Origin: Nitrospinota bacterium | GTDB taxonomy: Bacteria > UBA8248 | Length of the DNA: 32,967 nucleotides | Assembly: GCA_046581755.1 (NCBI GenBank) | Contig: JAYGFR010000393.1 | Coordinates: forward strand, 1 to 32,967 | Reading direction: 5' to 3' | The notes under the pieces: generated by a model | Told to the model about the DNA's origin: nothing | The model's input: the letters and a program-made list of their open reading frames with translations, nothing else | Databases searched by the model: none | Translations under genes and position numbers: made by a program | Part shown: in pieces, positions 19,388 through 26,304 of the stretch | Position numbering within the stretch: position 1 is the stretch's first letter | Layout: each line of letters begins with the position of its first letter

Positions 19388-20563
19388 TTAGAGGAAAGGC
19401 ATGGTGCGAATTCGCATGGCCTGGTTCGTGCCGTCCGAGTGCAGGAAGCTCGCCGCGTCGCGGAGGTATTTCTCCATGGGCGATTCGGTCATGTAGCCCA
19501 TCCCGCCCCAAACCTCGAGCGCCCGCGTGGCGATCCGGAACGAGGCCTCCGACACGAATGCCTTGGTCATGAAACCCATCTTGGGATCGTAGAGGTCCTC
19601 CTGGCCGGCCGTCCAGGCCGCGTAGTGAAGGAGGCGGCGCGAGGCCTCGTACTCGGCGAAACAGTCCGCCAGCATGAACCCGACCGCCTGGTGTTCGATG
19701 ATCGGCCTTCCGCCCTGAACGCGGTTCCGGGCGTACTCCAGCGCATCCTCATAGGCGGCCCGCGCCGTCCCGAGGACGGTGGCCGCCGCCTCGATGTTCG
19801 AGCCGCGGACAAATTTGCGGCGCTCGGCCAGCGCCCTTCCGGGCTCGCTCGCCCGGTTCGCCTCCGGGATCCGGCAATCCTTGAAGATCAGCTCCGCGTT
19901 CTGGGAGAGGCGCTGGCCCATCTTTTCGTGAACCCGCCCGATCGAGAATCCCTCCATGTCCGGGGTGGCGATGAAATAGGTCAGCCCCTCACTGACCCCC
20001 TTGGAGGTGTCCGTGCGCAGGGCGAGAAAATAGAGCTTGGCGATTCCGCCGTTGCTGATGAAGTGCTTCATGCCGTTGACGACCCAATCGTCTCCGTCGC
20101 GGACTGCGGTTGTCTGCGCCCCCGCGTCCGGGCTGTTGTAGGGAATGATGTTGTCGGTGCCCGCAGCGGGCTCGGTCATGGCAATGGCCAGGTGAAAGCG
20201 GTGGTCCTCGAGGAAGGCCGGAAGGTAGCGGGAGCGCTGTTCATCGTTCGCGAGGTGCTCGATAAGGTGGCTGATCTTCCAGGTTTGATCGAACGTAACG
20301 GCGATGCCCAGATCGCCCCAGGCAATTTCCTCCCCGACCAGGCACAGTGTCAGCACGTCGGCCCCGGCGCCCCCCATCTCCTCGGGCAGGGCGAGGGTCC
20401 GGAGCCCCAGGCGGCTCCCTTTTTCCACCACATCCCAGGGAAACCGCTCGGCGGGGCCTTCGATCTTCTCGCGCTCGCGCGCGATGGGGCGAATCTCGCG
20501 CTCGGCGAATTCATGAGCCAGGCTCTGGAGCGCCGATTGTTTTTCGGTGAGTCGAAAATCCAT
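19388..20563 (-). CDS. Acyl-CoA dehydrogenase family flavoprotein with non-canonical active site
   Basis: MDFRLTE start, AMTEPAAG, NGMKHFISNG, EKMGQR, RVQGG..IIEHQAV, GGMGY..E..MEKYLRD, HSDGTNQ. Confidence 0.9.
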   Translation of the reverse strand: MDFRLTEKQSALQSLAHEFAEREIRPIAREREKIEGPAERFPWDVVEKGSRLGLRTLALPEEMGGAGADVLTLCLVGEEIAWGDLGIAVTFDQTWKISHLIEHLANDEQRSRYLPAFLEDHRFHLAIAMTEPAAGTDNIIPYNSPDAGAQTTAVRDGDDWVVNGMKHFISNGGIAKLYFLALRTDTSKGVSEGLTYFIATPDMEGFSIGRVHEKMGQRLSQNAELIFKDCRIPEANRASEPGRALAERRKFVRGSNIEAAATVLGTARAAYEDALEYARNRVQGGRPIIEHQAVGFMLADCFAEYEASRRLLHYAAWTAGQEDLYDPKMGFMTKAFVSEASFRIATRALEVWGGMGYMTESPMEKYLRDAASFLHSDGTNQAMRIRTMPFL

Positions 20564-20669
20564 GAATTTTCCTTTCACGATACCCACCCGCGCGGCGGCC
20601 CCCCCCACCGGGAGGCAACCCTGCCCCGGGAGGCCGGGAAACGGCGGAGAATGTCCGGTGACGGGCGAG

Positions 20670-20699
20670 ATGGTATCCACCCCCCCGAAAAGGTGTCAA
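20670..20699 (-). promoter_or_regulatory. sigma70-type promoter for the ACAD-MR-FAH-CMD-SDR operon
   Basis: TTGACA (20699-20694), 18 nt spacer, TACCAT (20675-20670). Confidence 0.6.
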
Positions 20700-20812
20700 G
20701 GCCGGGGGGCCGAAAGGGTTTTTCGAGGCTCCTGGTTGCGGGCGGCCAGCGCCGCACCTGCCGGAATCGTCCCAAAATTGCCCAAAAAGTGCGATGAAAC
20801 GCCCGGCCGGCA

Positions 20813-20852
20813 TTGACATTTGCCTATATCTCGTATAGGAATTAACTATAAT
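20813..20852 (+). promoter_or_regulatory. Promoter region of the PhnD-like ABC operon with palindromic operator CCTATA-N5-TATAGG
   Basis: TTGACA at 20813-20818; inverted repeat at 20823-20839; TATAAT at 20847-20852 (which -35 pairs with which -10 is ambiguous). Confidence 0.55.
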
Positions 20853-20944
20853 ATATTTTCCGTTCGACCGGCGGAATATTGAACCCCCCGCATATTGTCC
20901 CACTTCATGGAAAATGGATTCCATGAAAAAGGAGAGTTGCTTCC

Positions 20945-21814
20945 ATGAAGATCGGATCGTTCGATTTGCTTGCCGCCGCGGGTGCGCTGTTGTTTTCCAG
21001 CGCGGCCTCGGCGGCCACCCTTCGGGTCTCGGCGATTCCGGACGAGGCGCCGACGGAGTTGATCCGGAAGTTCAAGCCCCTGATGGAATACCTCGAAAAA
21101 GAGGTGGGCGTCCGCGTGAAATTCATCCCCCTGGTGAATTACGCCGCCACCGTCGAGGCCCTTGCGGCCGGGAAAATCGATCTCGTCTGGTACGGGGGCT
21201 TTACGCACGTTCAGGCGCGCATCCGCACGAACGGCAGGGCGGTTCCCCTCGTCATGCGGCGCCGGGACCTGAATTTTAAAACCAAGTTCATCACGGCGAT
21301 AAACAGCGGCATCCGGTCCCTGAAGGATCTGAGGGGCAAAACTTTCGCCTTCGGCAGCGTGAGCAGCACTTCGGGCCATCTCATGCCGCGCTTTTTCTTG
21401 AAGGGCGCGGGCATCGTCCCCGAAAAAGACTTCGCCAAATTCAGCTTCTCGGGCTCCCACGATGCAACCGTGAAATGGGTGGAGGCCGGAAAGGTGCAGG
21501 CCGGGGCGATCAACGAGGCTGTTTGGAATAAACTCGTCCAATTGGGCAAGGTGAACCCGAAGAAGGTCCGCGTCTTCTTCACCACGCCGGGCTACGTGGA
21601 CTACAACTGGACGGCCCGCGGAGATCTGCCCCGCGAGACGCTTACCCGCTTGGCCGGCGCCTTCCTGAAACTCAGCGCTATAAACCCGGAGCACCGGAAG
21701 ATTCTCGCCCTCCAGCGCGCGGAGGGATATGTCCTGGCCCTTCCGGGCGACTTCAAGGGGATCGAATCGGCGGCGAGAGAGGCCGGCCTTTTGAAAAAAT
21801 TGCCCACCCAGTAA
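20945..21814 (+). CDS. PhnD-family ABC substrate-binding protein, putative selenate-binding clade
   Basis: LRVSAIPDEAPTEL.RKF, DLVWYGGFTHVQAR, FGSVSSTSGHLMPRFFL, FSGSHDAT and YVDYNWT. By recall these match the SelD-associated clade (TIGR04553) rather than canonical PhnD/PtxB. Confidence 0.75.
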   Translation: MKIGSFDLLAAAGALLFSSAASAATLRVSAIPDEAPTELIRKFKPLMEYLEKEVGVRVKFIPLVNYAATVEALAAGKIDLVWYGGFTHVQARIRTNGRAVPLVMRRRDLNFKTKFITAINSGIRSLKDLRGKTFAFGSVSSTSGHLMPRFFLKGAGIVPEKDFAKFSFSGSHDATVKWVEAGKVQAGAINEAVWNKLVQLGKVNPKKVRVFFTTPGYVDYNWTARGDLPRETLTRLAGAFLKLSAINPEHRKILALQRAEGYVLALPGDFKGIESAAREAGLLKKLPTQ

Positions 21815-21892
21815 AATCCGCACCTCAATCGTTCGGGCCCAGCGGCCGGAAGCGACCGGAAGCTGCCCGGGCTCAATAAAGGGGGACATTCG

Positions 21893-22717
21893 TTGGAGAG
21901 CGCGTTCGATCTTGTCGATGTCCACAAGCGCTTCCGCATGGCCGGGGGCGGCTGGAAGAGGGCCCTCCGGGGGGTCACCCTGTCGATCCGAGCGGGGGAG
22001 TCGGTCGCCGTCATTGGCCCGAGCGGCGCCGGTAAAACCACCCTCCTCCGGATGATGAATCTCACCCTGCGGCCCGATTCGGGCGAGGTCCGCGTGAACG
22101 GAATCGATCCGGGCGGTATCGGCGGCAAGGAGCTTCGCCGCCTGCGCTCCATGACCGGAACCATCTATCAGCAGCACAACCTTATCCCCACCCTCCGGAC
22201 AATTCACAACATCCTGGCCGGGCGGCTCTCCTCGTGGTCCATCCTCCGCTCGCTCTACTCCCTAATCGCTCCGCGCGAGACCGGCCGCGCCGCCGAGGCG
22301 GCCCACCGGGTCGGCGTCCTCGACAAGCTCTGGGAGCGGACGGACCGCCTGAGCGGAGGGGAGCAGCAGCGCGTGGCTATCGCCCGCGCCCTGATTCAGA
22401 ATCCCCGGCACCTGCTCGCCGACGAGCCCATCGCGAGCGTCGATCCCTCGCGCGCCGACGCCCTGATCTCCCTCCTCCGGAAGTTGAGCGATGAGAACCG
22501 AAAAACCATCGTCCTCAATCTCCACGATGTCCCGGTCGCCCTCCGGCATTTTCCCCGCATTGTCGGCCTGAGCGCTGGAAAAGTCCTCTTCGATCTTCCG
22601 CCCCGGGAAATCACGGGCGATCTCCTGATCCAGCTCTATGAAGGGGACCAGGAGATGACCGCCGGCGAGGCCTACGCCTGGATCGGTGAGGCGATGAAGG
22701 AAAGCCTCGCCGGGTGA
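21893..22717 (+). CDS. PhnC-like ABC ATP-binding protein
   Basis: GPSGAGKTT, IYQQHNL, LSGGEQQRVAIARAL, LLADEPIASVDP, NLH. Confidence 0.9.
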   Translation: MESAFDLVDVHKRFRMAGGGWKRALRGVTLSIRAGESVAVIGPSGAGKTTLLRMMNLTLRPDSGEVRVNGIDPGGIGGKELRRLRSMTGTIYQQHNLIPTLRTIHNILAGRLSSWSILRSLYSLIAPRETGRAAEAAHRVGVLDKLWERTDRLSGGEQQRVAIARALIQNPRHLLADEPIASVDPSRADALISLLRKLSDENRKTIVLNLHDVPVALRHFPRIVGLSAGKVLFDLPPREITGDLLIQLYEGDQEMTAGEAYAWIGEAMKESLAG

Positions 22718-23571
22718 GCGCTCCTCCGGCTTCCCCCCCCGCCCGGCCTCCGGTGTCGGCGGGCCAGTTCACGATCATGGCCGGCATAGCGGCGGCGGTG
22801 CTGGCCAGCCTGCGGTACACGGAGTTCAATCCGGTTCTGCTGGCGCAACCGGGCCCCCTGAAGGCGATGGCCAATTTCGGCTGGGGCTTTTTTCCGCCCG
22901 ACCTGAGCCTCGCCTTTTTGGCCACGACCCTGAAGCCCGCCATCGAAACCATCCAGTTGGCCACGGCGGGCACGGCGCTGGCGCTCCTCCTGGGCTTTCC
23001 GCTCTCCCTGATGGCGGCCGGGACGTTTCACCTGGGCGGCCCCCTCTTCGAGGGCGACCCGCCGGCCGGCAAGGCCCGAAAATTCCTCGGTGCGGCTCCT
23101 TATTGGGTCTCCCGGCTGATGTTGAATGCGATGCGCTCGATCCCTGAGCTCATCTGGGCGCTCCTGTTCGTGCGCATCACCGGACTCGGGCCGGCCGCCG
23201 GGATTCTAGGCATCGGCGTCGCCTACGCGGGGATTCTCGGGAAGGTGTTCGCCGAGATCATGGAGGGGACCGACGCGCGCGCCGCCATTTCCCTGCGCGC
23301 CACCGGCGCCACGCGGCCGCAGGCGGTCCTCTACGGAATCCTCCCCGCTTCGTTCCGGACGCTTCTCTCCTACACCCTCTACCGGTGGGAATGCGGCATG
23401 CGGGCGGCCGCGATCCTCGGCTTCGTGGGAGCGGGCGGCCTGGGGCAGCAGATCGAAATTTCGATGCGAATGTTCGAGCACCACCGGACGGCGACGCTCA
23501 TCGCCGAGCTTTTCCTGCTCGTCGCCCTCTCGGACTTCATCAGCTCCCGTCTGCGGAGAAAATTCGCATGA
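22714..23571 (+). CDS. PhnE/PtxC-like ABC permease
   Basis: FFPPD, MRSIPELIWAL, GILGKVFAE, LYRWEC..RAAAILGFVGAGGLG. Confidence 0.9.
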   Translation: MSAPPASPPARPPVSAGQFTIMAGIAAAVLASLRYTEFNPVLLAQPGPLKAMANFGWGFFPPDLSLAFLATTLKPAIETIQLATAGTALALLLGFPLSLMAAGTFHLGGPLFEGDPPAGKARKFLGAAPYWVSRLMLNAMRSIPELIWALLFVRITGLGPAAGILGIGVAYAGILGKVFAEIMEGTDARAAISLRATGATRPQAVLYGILPASFRTLLSYTLYRWECGMRAAAILGFVGAGGLGQQIEISMRMFEHHRTATLIAELFLLVALSDFISSRLRRKFA

Positions 23572-24431
23572 CCGGCTCCCTATCCGATGACCGGATTCCG
23601 CCGCGCTCCAATGCGTGGGACAAATGGGGTTGGCTCGCGGCCATGGGGGCGTTTCTCGCCTGGAGCTTCTCGGTCGCCGGGTGGGAGATCCTGGCGGTAT
23701 TCACCCGCGAGGGGGTCGCTCAGTTCGGAAGCTATCTGAAAAATTTCTGGCCGCCCGCCACGGACGCGGCGTTTTTGAGCGTCGTCGCCCAAGCCGTCCT
23801 CGAAACCCTCGCCATATCCATCGGGGGAACGGCCATCGCCTCCGTGATCGCCATGGGGCTCCTCTACTTCGCCTCCTCGGAAGACCTTATCGGAGGCGGA
23901 GGCGAGTGGGAGGCGGCCGCACCGCACCAAAAAACGCTTCGCCGCGCCCTTTTCATCGCCTCGCGGGCGGCCCTGAACCTGTTCCGGACCATCCCCGAGA
24001 TTGTCTGGGCGATTTTTTTCGTTTTCGCCGTGGGCCTGGGCACGTTCGCCGGAACGCTTGCGCTGGGAATCCACAACGCCGGGGTCATGGGAAAGCTTTA
24101 TGCGGAAACCCTCGAAAACACCCGCCGGGGAGCCGTGGAGGCGCTGCGCGCGGGCGGGGCCACGCGCTTCACGGCTTTCGCCTACGGGGCGGTTCCGCAG
24201 GCCTCCTCCCAACTCATCGTCTACACCCTCTACCGCTGGGAGGTGAACATCCGGGCGGCGGCGATTCTCGGCTTCGTCGGCGCGGGGGGAATCGGCCAGC
24301 AAATGTATATCTCGATATCGCTGTTTCTCGATTCGCGCCTGGCGACGCTGACCATCGCCACGTTCATCCTCGTGAACGGGGTCGATCTCCTGAGCGGCTA
24401 TCTCAGGCGAAGGCTCGATGCCCGGTTCTAG
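23568..24431 (+). CDS. PhnE/PtxC-like ABC permease (second copy)
   Basis: FWPP, RTIPEIVWA, GVMGKLYAE, LYRWEVNIRAAAILGFVGAGGIG; ATGA overlap at 23568-23571. Confidence 0.9.
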   Translation: MTGSLSDDRIPPRSNAWDKWGWLAAMGAFLAWSFSVAGWEILAVFTREGVAQFGSYLKNFWPPATDAAFLSVVAQAVLETLAISIGGTAIASVIAMGLLYFASSEDLIGGGGEWEAAAPHQKTLRRALFIASRAALNLFRTIPEIVWAIFFVFAVGLGTFAGTLALGIHNAGVMGKLYAETLENTRRGAVEALRAGGATRFTAFAYGAVPQASSQLIVYTLYRWEVNIRAAAILGFVGAGGIGQQMYISISLFLDSRLATLTIATFILVNGVDLLSGYLRRRLDARF

Positions 24432-24459
24432 CGGGCCTCAATCCCCTCCATCAAAAAAT

Positions 24460-24512
24460 AGCGCGGGCGAAACCCCCAGCGCGGGCGAAACCCCCGGTGC
24501 GGCTAAACCCTC
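24460..24512. repeat. 18-bp tandem repeat (two exact copies plus one degenerate)
   Basis: AGCGCGGGCGAAACCCCC at 24460-24477 and 24478-24495, then GGTGCGGCTAAACCCTC. Confidence 0.85.
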
Positions 24513-24527
24513 GGCGTGTGCCGTCCC

Positions 24528-25250
24528 TTACTCGAAATAGATCGCGACCGCCCGGACCGGAGAGCCCGTCCCGCCGCGCACCTTGAGCGGGAGGCAGGAG
24601 AAGACGAACTTCGTCCCGGCGATTTCCTTGAGGTTGCACATGTTCTCGACGTTCAGGACCTTCCGCTCGCGGCAGACCTTGTGGGCCCAGTAGCCCCTGT
24701 CCTTCATCGCAGCCGATGAATCGACGCTCGGCGAATCGATCCCGACGTTGACGCAGCCTCGATCGGCCAGCCAGTTCATGGCCTCCTCGCTGAGGCCCGG
24801 ATACTTGTAGAGCCAATCGTTAAAATCGCCCCCGCAGAATTTCTCGTAGTGGCCGGTCCAGATGAGAACGCTGCCCTTGTCCGGAACCTCGAGGTCCGCC
24901 TTCCGGCAGGCCTCCTCGATGTCCTGGGCGCTCATCCAGCCGTCGGTTCCGCAAAACTGGCTCAGGTCCAGGCAGATCGCATCGGTGAAAAACCACTCGA
25001 ACCCGAGTTCCTCGATGGCCTCGGCCCCGGGTTTCCCGTCCATGTGCACAAAAGCACCGACGTGGGTCGGGCCGTGGTCGCTCATCAGGAGAATTTAGAC
25101 GTGGAGGTGTGTCCCGCGAGGGCGAGTCCCGGTAGGCGTAGGCGGTTTCCTCGTGCGTTTTGGCGGGGTAGACGACGGTACGCTGATGGCCGGGTAGACG
25201 GGGATTCCGTTAAAAATATCCTGGGTCAGATCGATGATTCTCCATTTCAT
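24528..25250 (-). pseudogene. Cyclase / kynurenine formamidase family gene, disrupted
   Basis: True start MKWRIIDLTQDIFNGIPVYP at 25250 (AGGAGG RBS); at least two indels between about 25190 and 25095 and a TAA at 25097-25095; C-terminal part has HGPTH, GIDSPSVD, AHKVC, VENM and GGTGSPVRAVA. Confidence 0.8.
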
Positions 25251-25312
25251 GGTGACGCTCCTCCTTGGGTTGAGATTGAACGGAAAAAGCGGATGAAGTA
25301 GATCGGGGGTTC

Positions 25313-25369
25313 ATGAGCCGACGGCCGGAATGAGCCGGCGGCCGGGAAACTTCATGAGCCAGCGGCTGG
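25313..25369. repeat. Three copies of the 16-mer ATGAGCCRRCGGCYGG
   Basis: Copies at 25313-25328, 25330-25345 and 25354-25369. Confidence 0.8.
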
Positions 25370-25380
25370 CACTTCGGGAT

Positions 25381-26172
25381 TCAAGTTTTGGCGCTCTCCG
25401 GGGCATCTTCCGGCTCCCAGAGGCGTTTTTTTACGATGATCCACCCGAACGCCAGAATCAAGACAGCGCTCGCGACATAGGCCGCCCGGACCGGCCCGAG
25501 CCACAGGCTGTCCGCCCGGAAGCCGCTGACGGCGGCCCGGCCGATGGAGTAGAGGATGAAATAGAGGCAAAAGATGAACCCGGCCTTGTGGGGGCGAAGG
25601 CGCAGCCGGCGCAGGATAGCGAACCAGATGAGATTCAGGACCAGCTCGTAGAGCATGACTGGGTGAATTGGGGTATTGGGAAACTGGCGGCCGGCGATGC
25701 TGGCGGCCGGAAAGACGATGCCCCAGGAGGATGCGGTGGGAACCCCGTGGGCGTCGCCGTTCATGAAATTCCCGAACCGGCCGAACACCTGGCCCAGCAT
25801 GATCGAGGGGGCGGCCACGTCGGCGAAGGAGAATGTGGACACCGGATGGCGCCGCAGATACCAGACCCCCGCCAGCACACCCCCGACGAGGCCTCCGTGG
25901 ATGGCGAGGCCCCCGTGCCAGACCTGGGGTATCTCCCAGGGGTTCGCTCCGTAAAAATTCCAGTTGAAGATGACGTAGTAAATCCGCCCCCCCAGGATGC
26001 CCGAGAACATGGCGACCAACCCCAAATTCATGATCTCATCCGGGGTGATCGGAAGGCCCTTGCGCTCGGCCTCCTTGCCGGCCAGCCACACCCCGACGAG
26101 AACCGCCGTGACGTACATCATCCCGTACCAGCGGAGTACTAATGGACCGATTTCGACGATGACGGGACTCAA
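25381..26172 (-). CDS. lgt: Prolipoprotein diacylglyceryl transferase
   Basis: LRWYGMM, GGRIYYV, WHGGLAIHGGL, GRFGNFMNG, HPVMLYE; TTG start at 26172 after GAGGAG. Confidence 0.96.
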   Translation of the reverse strand: MSPVIVEIGPLVLRWYGMMYVTAVLVGVWLAGKEAERKGLPITPDEIMNLGLVAMFSGILGGRIYYVIFNWNFYGANPWEIPQVWHGGLAIHGGLVGGVLAGVWYLRRHPVSTFSFADVAAPSIMLGQVFGRFGNFMNGDAHGVPTASSWGIVFPAASIAGRQFPNTPIHPVMLYELVLNLIWFAILRRLRLRPHKAGFIFCLYFILYSIGRAAVSGFRADSLWLGPVRAAYVASAVLILAFGWIIVKKRLWEPEDAPESAKT

Positions 26173-26207
26173 CGGGCATCTCCTCGCTGGCGGTAAATAT
26201 TCGAGAG

Positions 26208-26243
26208 CATAAACAAAATGCCCCCTCATGCGAAGGGGCATTT
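26208..26243 (-). terminator. Intrinsic terminator after the DUF3179 gene
   Basis: Minus strand ATGCCCCTTC-GCAT-GAGGGGGCAT followed by TTTGTTT. Confidence 0.75.
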
Positions 26244-26304
26244 GGATCTCTTGGCAGAGTTCGGGATATGTCTTCGAAATATGGTGGGGATAACCGGCCC
26301 GCCG

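Noticed and set aside
20680..20686. G7 run in the ACAD promoter spacer as a phase-variable tuner
   Set aside because: Runs of 7-8 G/C occur several times in this GC-rich window and are short for efficient slippage.
20945..24431. Assigning phnCDE / phosphonate or phosphite utilisation
   Set aside because: No C-P lyase, phnX or ptxD nearby, and the SBP motifs fit another clade; gene symbols withheld.
24460..25369. Short repeats as a CRISPR array
   Set aside because: Units are 16-18 bp and adjacent or nearly so, with no 25-45 bp unique spacers and no cas genes.
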